Below, one piece after another: positions 20,593 to 28,119 of a DNA stretch of 64,000 nucleotides (positions are counted from its first letter, which is position 1; the number at the start of each line of letters is the position of its first letter). A program made the position numbers and the translations under genes. The notes under the pieces are model-generated. The model had not been told where the DNA came from and did not search any database. It was given only the letters and a program-made list of their open reading frames with translations. Source of the stretch: Sphingorhabdus sp. (GTDB lineage Bacteria; Pseudomonadota; Alphaproteobacteria; Sphingomonadales; Sphingomonadaceae); assembly GCF_041916035.1 (NCBI RefSeq), contig NZ_JAYSAI010000001.1. The stretch is one strand, 5' to 3'.

Positions 20593-21720
20593 CTAGTCGA
20601 CATCCTCGACCGCAACCGCCTCACCGGTCACGCGCTGCGCCAGCGCGGCGGCGATGAAATCGTCGAGATCACCGTCGAGCACGTCGGCAGGCGTCGGGCT
20701 GGTCACGCCGGTGCGCAGATCCTTCACCATCTGATAGGGTTGCAGCACATAGGAACGGATCTGGTGGCCCCAGCCGATATCGGTCTTCGCCGCATGTTCG
20801 GCGCTCGCCGCTTCCTCGCGCTTGCGCATTTCGGCTTCGTACATCCGCGCCTTCAGCATCCCCATCGCGATTTCGCGGTTCTTGTGCTGGCTGCGGTCGA
20901 CCTGGCTGGCGACGACGATGCCCGAAGGCATATGGGTGATGCGCACCGCCGAGTCGGTGGTGTTGACGTGCTGGCCGCCCGCACCGCTCGCCCGGTAGGT
21001 ATCGATTTTCAGGTCGGCGGGGTTGATGTCGATTTCGAAACTGTCGTCGATCACCGGATAGACCCAGACCGAGCTGAACGAGGTGTGCCGCCGTGCCGAG
21101 CTGTCATAGGGCGAAATGCGCACCAGACGGTGCACGCCGCTTTCGGTCTTGGCATAGCCATAGGCATTTTCGCCCTTGACCTGGATGGTCGCGGCCTTGA
21201 TGCCTGCGGTGTCGCCCGCCTGATATTCGATGGTATCGACCTTGAAGCCGCGCTGCTCGGCCCAGCGTGTGTACATGCGGAACAGCATTTCGGCCCAGTC
21301 CTGGCTTTCGGTGCCGCCTGCGCCTGCATGGATTTCGATGAAGGTGTCGAGCGGATCGGCCTCGCCCGAAAGCAGCGCCGAAACCTTGTCCCTGTCCGCC
21401 CGGTCGGCGAGCGCCTTCAGCGAGGCGACGCCTTCGTCGGCCAGCGCCTCGTCGCCCTCCATTTCGGCCAGTTCGATCAGTTCGACGGTGCCGGTCTTGT
21501 CGGCATCGATTTCGCGCACCGTCGCCACCGCAGCCTCGAGACGGCGGCGTTCGCGCATCACTTCCTCGGCCTGTTTGGGGTTATCCCACAGCTTGGGGTC
21601 CTCGACCCGCGCGTTCAGCTCGTCGAGACGGCGCAGCGCGCGATCCCAGTCGAGCGACATCTTGACGAGGTTGAGGGCGGCGTCGATCCGGTCGACCAGG
21701 GCTTGCGCATCGGCGCGCAT
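20593..21720 (-). CDS. prfB: Peptide chain release factor 2 (continuous ORF, no internal frameshift)
   Basis: GAGGTESQDWA, ESGVHRLVRISPYD (SPF/SPY), GGQ, GWGHQIRSY. Confidence 0.96.
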   Translation of the reverse strand: MRADAQALVDRIDAALNLVKMSLDWDRALRRLDELNARVEDPKLWDNPKQAEEVMRERRRLEAAVATVREIDADKTGTVELIELAEMEGDEALADEGVASLKALADRADRDKVSALLSGEADPLDTFIEIHAGAGGTESQDWAEMLFRMYTRWAEQRGFKVDTIEYQAGDTAGIKAATIQVKGENAYGYAKTESGVHRLVRISPYDSSARRHTSFSSVWVYPVIDDSFEIDINPADLKIDTYRASGAGGQHVNTTDSAVRITHMPSGIVVASQVDRSQHKNREIAMGMLKARMYEAEMRKREEAASAEHAAKTDIGWGHQIRSYVLQPYQMVKDLRTGVTSPTPADVLDGDLDDFIAAALAQRVTGEAVAVEDVD

Positions 21721-21806
21721 GGGGAAACTCCAGAATATCAGGCTTGGTTACAGGATGCGGCCTTTAGCCGAAAGCGTTGGCGAGTCAAAGCTGGCAGAAC
21801 AAAATG

Positions 21807-22520
21807 TCAGTCGGCCCGCCGCGTCATTTCCACCCACAGCCCGGTGCCGCCATATTGTGCCGTCATCCCGCCCAGCACCCCGGCCCAATAGGCGTCATTG
21901 CCATGGTCGGACCGCCAGTCGAGCAGCGCGCCGGTCAGCCTGTGCAGATCATATTCCTGCGTGAAGCCGATGGCGCCATGCACCTGATGCGCAATCGACG
22001 TCGCTTGCCCGATCGCCCGGTTGGTGCGCAGTTTCGCGCAGGCGATCTCGAACAGCACCGCCTCTGCATCGCCGCCTGCCCGGTCGAGCGCCGCCGCCGC
22101 CGCCGCGCCTGCGACATTGACCGCCGCCGCCTCGGTCGCGAAGATGGCGAGCACCTGCTGCACCGCCTGGAATTTGCCGAGCGGTTTGCCGAACTGCTGG
22201 CGCGTGTTGACGTGGTCGATGCTCATCGCCAGCGCGGCGTCGATCGCGCCTGCCGCCTGCGCGACGCGGATGAAGGCCCCGATCGGGCGCGATACCTCCC
22301 CGCCGACAATCGCCTCGCCAACCGGAAGATGCGGCACTTGCGCCCCCGCGCGGCGCAACACCGCGAACAGATCACCCCAATCCCCGCCAAAACCGCCATC
22401 GGCTTCGGGAACCAGCAACTGGCCGAAACCCGCCGCCTCGATCGGTGCCATGCCGACGGTCGCGGCTTCGGCGAAAACCGCCTCGGCGGTATCGCATAAC
22501 AGGCTGCGCTGCTCGCTCAT
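21807..22520 (-). CDS. Short acyl-CoA dehydrogenase family subunit (C-terminal domain only)
   Basis: TRQQFGKPLGKFQAVQQ, HQVHGAIGFTQEY; 237 aa, lacks most of the middle domain. Confidence 0.85.
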   Translation of the reverse strand: MSEQRSLLCDTAEAVFAEAATVGMAPIEAAGFGQLLVPEADGGFGGDWGDLFAVLRRAGAQVPHLPVGEAIVGGEVSRPIGAFIRVAQAAGAIDAALAMSIDHVNTRQQFGKPLGKFQAVQQVLAIFATEAAAVNVAGAAAAAALDRAGGDAEAVLFEIACAKLRTNRAIGQATSIAHQVHGAIGFTQEYDLHRLTGALLDWRSDHGNDAYWAGVLGGMTAQYGGTGLWVEMTRRAD

Positions 22521-22530
22521 CCCGACACCC

Positions 22531-23664
22531 TCATCTCAGGCCGAGCCCCCTTGCGATGATGCCGCGGATGATCTCGCGCGTGCCGCCACGCAGCGAGAAA
22601 CTGGGCGCAGCGATCAGCAGCGCGCGCATCAGCCGCGCCAGATCGTCCTGCCGGGTCGCGGGGCAATCGATCAGCGCCTGTACCCGTTGCGGCAGGCTCT
22701 GTTCGAAACTGTTGCCCAGATCCTTGACCATCGAGGCCTCGACCATCGGATCCTCGCCCGCCGCAAGCTTGGCGGCGGTCGACATGGACATCTGCCGCAG
22801 CGTCCACAATTCGGCGGTCAGTTCGCCGATCAGGGCGCGCAATTGCGGGTCCGGATCAGCGCCCGCCGCGTCGATCAGCGCGGTCATCAGCACATGGCTC
22901 GACAGGTAGCGCTCCGGCCCCGACCGTTCGAGCGCAAGTTCGGCGGTTGCCTGCGCCCAGCCCTGCCCGCGCGTGCCGACCAGCGCCCATTCGGGCAGCA
23001 GCACATCATCGAAAAACACTTCGTTGAAATGATGATCGCCGCCCATGTCGATGATCGGGCGGATGGTGATGCCGGGGGCATCCATCGGGATCAGGAATTG
23101 CGACAGCCCGGCGTTGCGCTCGCTGCCTTCCTCGCTGCGCACCAGCGCGAGCATGACATGGCTGATATGCGCGCCCGAGGTCCAGATTTTCTGCCCCGAA
23201 AGCCGCCAGCCATCGGCGCCGTGCCGCGCCGTGCTGCGCACCGCCGCCAGATCGGACCCGGCCCCCGGTTCGGAAAGCCCGATACAGGTATAGATTTCTC
23301 CCCTGCAGATACCCGGCAGATAGGCCGCCTTTGCCGCATCGCTGCCATAGCGCAGGATCAGCGGCGCGGTCTGCCGGTCGGCGATCCAGTGCGCCCCGAC
23401 CGGCGCGCCCGCCGCCAGCAGTTCCTCTATCACGACATAGCGTTCCAGGGGATGGCGCGCATGGCCGCCGACTTCGCGGGGCAGGATCATGCCGAGAAAG
23501 CCCGCCACCCCCAGTGCGCGTGAAAATTCGGGATCGCCGACGACCCAGCAATTGGGCACGCCCAGTTTCGCCTGATGCCGCGCCAGCAGGTCGCGCACCT
23601 CCTGCCGCAGCCGCGCAACATCGCCCGGCGGATCAAATGGATAGATGCTGAAGCTCTGCTGCAT
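22531..23664 (-). CDS. Acyl-CoA dehydrogenase family protein
   Basis: GLSEPGAGSDLA, SGQKIWTS, FNEVFFDDV, LALERSG, RGGTREI. Confidence 0.92.
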   Translation of the reverse strand: MQQSFSIYPFDPPGDVARLRQEVRDLLARHQAKLGVPNCWVVGDPEFSRALGVAGFLGMILPREVGGHARHPLERYVVIEELLAAGAPVGAHWIADRQTAPLILRYGSDAAKAAYLPGICRGEIYTCIGLSEPGAGSDLAAVRSTARHGADGWRLSGQKIWTSGAHISHVMLALVRSEEGSERNAGLSQFLIPMDAPGITIRPIIDMGGDHHFNEVFFDDVLLPEWALVGTRGQGWAQATAELALERSGPERYLSSHVLMTALIDAAGADPDPQLRALIGELTAELWTLRQMSMSTAAKLAAGEDPMVEASMVKDLGNSFEQSLPQRVQALIDCPATRQDDLARLMRALLIAAPSFSLRGGTREIIRGIIARGLGLR

Positions 23665-23745
23665 TGCCCTCTCTTATGCGCTGCCATGCCAGCCGCAAAG
23701 GGGCGGCGCAAGAGCGCACTCTCCCCTGTTGCCCGCGTCTGTGCC

Positions 23746-23886
23746 AGAGCCTGTCCCGTGTAGTTGGCAGCGTCGGCACGGCGCCGATTTTGGCCCAGCA
23801 CGAGGAATGAGGACGGAGCCATGCTGATGCATAGTGACCGACGAATGACGCGATGACGATGCTTCCAACCAAGCGGGACAGGCTCT
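23746..23886. mobile_element. 141-bp MITE-like element with 13-bp perfect (about 29-bp imperfect) terminal inverted repeats
   Basis: AGAGCCTGTCCCG (23746-23758) and CGGGACAGGCTCT (23874-23886); the IR continues imperfectly (GTTGGCAGCGTC vs GATGCTTCCAAC). No transposase inside. Confidence 0.7.
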
Positions 23887-23897
23887 AAAGCCCCTGC

Positions 23898-24179
23898 ATG
23901 GCCCGCCCCGCTTCCCCCACGGCTGACGATATCCTCGCGCTTCTGGACGCCAGCGGAGCGATGACGCTGCGCGTCGTGCCGGGCGCAAGGATCGAAAAGG
24001 CGGCGATCGAAAACGGCGCGCTCAAGCTGTGGACGCGCACCGCGCCGGAGGACGGAAAGGCGACCCGGGCGGTGCTCGCGCAACTGGCGGCACTGCTCGA
24101 CCTGTCTGTGCGCCGGATCGAACTTGTCAGCGGCGCAACCTCGCGCGAAAAACGGGTGCGGATACTGGCCGACGCATAG
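23898..24179 (+). CDS. DUF167/YggU family protein
   Basis: LRVVPGA, APEDGKA, SGATSREK. Confidence 0.88.
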   Translation: MARPASPTADDILALLDASGAMTLRVVPGARIEKAAIENGALKLWTRTAPEDGKATRAVLAQLAALLDLSVRRIELVSGATSREKRVRILADA

Positions 24180-24231
24180 GGTGCCGCAAACGGCCTGTGC
24201 CCGTTGCGCAGCCAGCCGGGCTGGCGCAACC

Positions 24232-24981
24232 CTATTCGGGCGCTACCGCCTCCCAATCATAGATCCCCGCAGCGGCCATCAATGCAAGGCTCAGCCTGGT
24301 GCCGCGAATGGTATAGCTGCGCACAAAACCCATATCGCGCGCAATCTGCGTATCCATCGCGCCCGGCTGACACATGGCGCGCGTCACCCCCCCGCCTTGT
24401 ATCTCCAGTCCGCCCCCCGTCGGCGAACCGGGTGTCGCCGCCCATTTGCCCGCCAGCCTGTTGCAGTCGAGTTGCGCCGACAGCGAACCGTCGCTGGCAA
24501 AGTGCAGCAGATATTTTTCCGGGTTTGGCGGAATTCGGGTGCCGATGCTGTCGTCCGACGACTGGAAATGCACCAGACGCCAGCGCGTTCCGGGCAGACC
24601 GCGCGTGACCGGCGGGGAAACAGGCGGCTGGATTCCAGGCGGATTGGCCGGGTCGATTTCGGTGCAGCTCAGCTCGTCGCCATCGGGCGCGGTCCACGTC
24701 GTATCCCTGCCTTTTCCGCGCAGGATGTAGCCGCCACCGGCATAGGCATAGCCCGAACCCGACGGCTGCTGGGTCAGGACATGGCTCTCGGTGCCCCGCT
24801 TCACCACGGCCTTGTCGCCTGAAAAGGCCACATCCAGCCGCGTTCCTGCACCGCACATGAAACTCGCCTCGATCGCGTCGGTGGGCGGCTCCGCAATCCC
24901 GTCGCCATGGGTGGCACATCCGGCAAGCATCATTGTCGTGCCAGCCAGTAATCCGGCAAATTTCAATGCCGTTCGCTTCAT
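24232..24981 (-). CDS. Lipoprotein with MliC-like and META (HslJ) domains
   Basis: Lipobox LAGC; FMC...SGSGYAY...LRGKG..C (MliC-like); WRLVH...LDCNRL...TRAMC (META). Start placed at MKRTALK. Confidence 0.75.
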   Translation of the reverse strand: MKRTALKFAGLLAGTTMMLAGCATHGDGIAEPPTDAIEASFMCGAGTRLDVAFSGDKAVVKRGTESHVLTQQPSGSGYAYAGGGYILRGKGRDTTWTAPDGDELSCTEIDPANPPGIQPPVSPPVTRGLPGTRWRLVHFQSSDDSIGTRIPPNPEKYLLHFASDGSLSAQLDCNRLAGKWAATPGSPTGGGLEIQGGGVTRAMCQPGAMDTQIARDMGFVRSYTIRGTRLSLALMAAAGIYDWEAVAPE

Positions 24982-25053
24982 AACCGAATCTCCTTGTTCC
25001 GCCCGGCTATGGCCTGACCGGCGGCGGCGCATGCGCAACAATAGATGCCGACC

Positions 25054-25848
25054 CTAGTTCCGGAAGCTGGAATCGATCCGGTCGAGCTTGCGCAGCAGCG
25101 CGGGCCAGGCCAGGCCCTGGGCGACCATCGCCATGCCACCGGCGGGCGATTGCCCCTCCACCTTGCCCTCGACGCCCTGCGGCGGCGTGTGCAGATTTTC
25201 GCGGCCCGCCGACAGCATCCTGACCTGCGCGTCGCAGGCGCGTTCGAGGAAATAGAGCCGCAGGAAACAGTCGGCCACGCTCTGCCCCACCGCCAGCGTG
25301 CCGTGGTTGCGCAGGATCATCGCATGCTTTTCGCCCAGATCCTGCACCAGCCGCTCACGCTCGTCGAGGTCGGTCGCGATGCCTTCATATTCATGATAGG
25401 CGACATTGTGCTTGGCGATCATCGCGGTCTGGGTGTGCGGCAGCAGCCCTTCAGCCATCGCGCTGACCGCCTGCCCGGCAGGGGTGTGGAGGTGCATCAC
25501 CGCATGCGCATCCTCGCGCGCCATGTGGATCGCCGAATGGATGGTGAAACCGGCGGGGTTCACCGGATGCGCGGTCGGCACCACCGGCTGGCCTTCGACA
25601 TCGATCTTGACGAGGCTCGACGCGGTGATTTCCTCAAACATCATGTCATAGGGGTTGATCAGGAAATGATGTTCCGGCCCCGGCACACGGGCCGACAAAT
25701 GGGTGAAGATCAGATCGTCCCAGCCATAATGCGCGACAAGCCGATAGGCAGCGGCGAGATCGACCCGAACCGCCCATTCCTCTTCGCTCACCGTATCGCG
25801 GATATGCTCGTCATTGGCGGCGGTGGCCGTGTTCATCATTACCGACAT
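25054..25848 (-). CDS. Class II aldolase/adducin family protein
   Basis: THLSAR, FLINP, GFTIHSAIH, HLHT, LRNHG. Confidence 0.92.
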   Translation of the reverse strand: MSVMMNTATAANDEHIRDTVSEEEWAVRVDLAAAYRLVAHYGWDDLIFTHLSARVPGPEHHFLINPYDMMFEEITASSLVKIDVEGQPVVPTAHPVNPAGFTIHSAIHMAREDAHAVMHLHTPAGQAVSAMAEGLLPHTQTAMIAKHNVAYHEYEGIATDLDERERLVQDLGEKHAMILRNHGTLAVGQSVADCFLRLYFLERACDAQVRMLSAGRENLHTPPQGVEGKVEGQSPAGGMAMVAQGLAWPALLRKLDRIDSSFRN

Positions 25849-25870
25849 GGGTCTCTCCTTGATCTTCGCT

Positions 25871-26476
25871 TCAATCCATCGCGGCCTTGTAGACGCTGTT
25901 TTTCGGGCGTTCGAACAGCCGCATCACCATCGGTTCGAAAAATTCCAGCGGTTCGCTGTCATAATCCGGATCAAAGGCGGGGCAGTCATATTTCTCGATA
26001 AATTCTGCGGTGGCGGCATAATAGGGATGGTCGGCAAACTGATCGCGCATGTCGCGGTTCAGGCCCAGATAGTGGAAGAAATTATAGCCCTGGAAAATCC
26101 CGTGATGCTGCACGATCCAGTGCAGTTCCTCCGAAACAAAGGGTTTCAATATCGCGGCGGCGATATCGGGGTGGTTATAGGCCCCCAGCGTATCGCCAAT
26201 ATCGTGCAGCAGCGCCATCACCACATAATCCTCGCTACGTCCGTCGCGGTGCGCGCGGGTTGCGGTTTGCAGGCAATGTTGCAGCCGGTCGATCGCAAAG
26301 CCGCCGCAATCGCCCTCCAGCAGCCGCAGATGGTCAAGCACGCGCGCCCCGCCATTGGCGGCAAAGGGCCGCAAATGCGTCATGATGATATCCCAGTCCT
26401 CCTGGGTGCCCTCGCTCATCGTGTGGAACCGGGCGGTCTTTTCCATCAGATCGGTCATGGCGCTCTCCTTGGCCAA
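25871..26476 (-). CDS. HD-domain protein, PhnZ/MIOX-like di-iron oxygenase subfamily
   Basis: LQHCLQTA (His), LLHDIG (HD), NHPD (His), QHHG (His), KYDCP (Asp): the ligand spacing of PhnZ-like mixed-valent di-iron enzymes. Confidence 0.82.
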   Translation of the reverse strand: MAKESAMTDLMEKTARFHTMSEGTQEDWDIIMTHLRPFAANGGARVLDHLRLLEGDCGGFAIDRLQHCLQTATRAHRDGRSEDYVVMALLHDIGDTLGAYNHPDIAAAILKPFVSEELHWIVQHHGIFQGYNFFHYLGLNRDMRDQFADHPYYAATAEFIEKYDCPAFDPDYDSEPLEFFEPMVMRLFERPKNSVYKAAMD

Positions 26477-26483
26477 ATCTTAG

Positions 26484-27338
26484 TCACAATGCGTTGCGGA
26501 TTGCAACCGGCGATGCGCCGGGCACCTTGCGACCCATATCTTCATTTTCCGGAAAGATCGGCCACAGCAATTGCTGGCCCAGTGTGGCATCGGGCAGGTT
26601 TTCGACGCCATAGCTCTGGGGAAAGGTACGGGTGATCTTGGCCGTGCCGAACAGAACATCCCAGAAGAACAGCAGATTGCCATAATTGCCCTTATAGTTG
26701 ACCGCAGGATCGCTCAGATGGCGCCCATGATGCGCATGGTGCGTCGCCGGGGTCGAAATGGTGCGTTCGACGACCCACATCAGCGGCGAGAGCCATTTGA
26801 TCCGGTACAGCGGCGCATCCCATTTCACATCGCTGTGCGCGCCGATGATGACCAGCATCTTGACCACCAGATAGCCTGCATAGAACCAGCCGAGCCCGAG
26901 ATAGATCAGCGCAGCGGCAAACCACAGGCTGGGCATCATCGCATAATAGATGATGTTGTTCCGGTAGACGAGGCGCACGCTCATATAACGGGCATTATGG
27001 TGCGCGCGGTGCAGGTTGTAGAGCCAGGCAAAGCTGTGCGAGGCGCGGTGCCACCAGTATTGCATCATGTCTTCAAGGATCAGGAACAGCGGAATCGCCA
27101 GGAAGATGCTGATCCCTTCCAGAACCCCCTGATATTGCGGGAAAAAGGCCCGACCCAGATAATTGACCAGCAGGATGATGCCCGGCTGGGTCAGCGTCAG
27201 CAACAGCACCGTCGAGACGATTTCGACAATCGCGTCATGCGTGCATTGCTCGCGCTTGGTGAACAGATCGGACCGGAACAGTTCGAGCAGCCCGAACGAA
27301 ATATAGATGGCGATCACCGCCCAGCTTGAAACCGGCAT
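26484..27338 (-). CDS. Fatty acid hydroxylase/sterol desaturase family membrane di-iron enzyme
   Basis: His boxes YWWHRASH, HRAHH, AHS, HHAHH; NYGN..FFWD.LFGT; multiple TM helices. Start placed at MPVSSW. Confidence 0.9.
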   Translation of the reverse strand: MPVSSWAVIAIYISFGLLELFRSDLFTKREQCTHDAIVEIVSTVLLLTLTQPGIILLVNYLGRAFFPQYQGVLEGISIFLAIPLFLILEDMMQYWWHRASHSFAWLYNLHRAHHNARYMSVRLVYRNNIIYYAMMPSLWFAAALIYLGLGWFYAGYLVVKMLVIIGAHSDVKWDAPLYRIKWLSPLMWVVERTISTPATHHAHHGRHLSDPAVNYKGNYGNLLFFWDVLFGTAKITRTFPQSYGVENLPDATLGQQLLWPIFPENEDMGRKVPGASPVAIRNAL

Positions 27339-27418
27339 ATTCTCTCTCCCCGACACAAGGCCATCAACCGGCCTCGCCTTGCCAATCGCGACTCGATAGG
27401 CGAAAAGCGCGCTCTGAA

Positions 27419-28075
27419 ATGCAAAGAACTTATCATTTGGATTTGACGCCGCACACGGCGCTGGCCCCCGAAATCGCGCAGCGGCTTTCGCAGCGCGGCC
27501 AAAGACGGCGCTTTTCTGCGGGCAGCTGGGTCCAGCAGCGCGGCGATGACGGCAATGGCTTCTGGCTGATCGAGGGCGGCAGGGTTGCCGTCTGCCGCCA
27601 TGGCATCGAGGGCGAGCAGACGATTTTTGCGGTGCTGGGCGCTGGCGACCTGTTCGGCGAACTTGCCTATTTCGCCGGAACCGCAAGGCAGGTCGATGCC
27701 ATCGCGCAGGTCGAATCGGTGCTGGTGTGGATCGGCGACGGCGTCATCCGGCAGATGCTCGCCGACGATCCCGGCTTTGCCGCCAGCCTGCTCGCCTCGC
27801 TCGCCAACCAGTTGCGCACGGCGCTGAACCGGATCGACATCGCGCGGCACGGCAGGGCGGAAACGCGGCTGGCGGCGGCGCTGATCGACATGGCGGGCGA
27901 TGTCGGCGGCCGCATCGTCTGCACGCAGCAGGAGCTATCGGGCCTGATCGGTGTCTCGCGCGTGCGCACCGGCGCGCTGCTCGCGCAGTTTGCGCGCGAC
28001 GCGTTGATCGTCCGCGGCTATGGCTGGATCGATGTTGTAAATCCTGGCGCAATCAGGGCGTATCTGCCGCAATAG
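27419..28075 (+). CDS. Crp/Fnr family transcriptional regulator
   Basis: cNMP-binding domain (GDLFGELA..R) and C-terminal HTH TQQELSGLIGVSRVR; divergent from the hydroxylase operon. Confidence 0.88.
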   Translation: MQRTYHLDLTPHTALAPEIAQRLSQRGQRRRFSAGSWVQQRGDDGNGFWLIEGGRVAVCRHGIEGEQTIFAVLGAGDLFGELAYFAGTARQVDAIAQVESVLVWIGDGVIRQMLADDPGFAASLLASLANQLRTALNRIDIARHGRAETRLAAALIDMAGDVGGRIVCTQQELSGLIGVSRVRTGALLAQFARDALIVRGYGWIDVVNPGAIRAYLPQ

Positions 28076-28119
28076 CGCCCGGCCCGAACAGCACCCGGCC
28101 CGGCCCCGTTCCGATCGCC

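Noticed and set aside
27339-27418. FNR/CRP box between the hydroxylase and its Crp regulator
   Set aside because: Only an ATCAA half-site; no TTGAT-N4-ATCAA or TGTGA-N6-TCACA.
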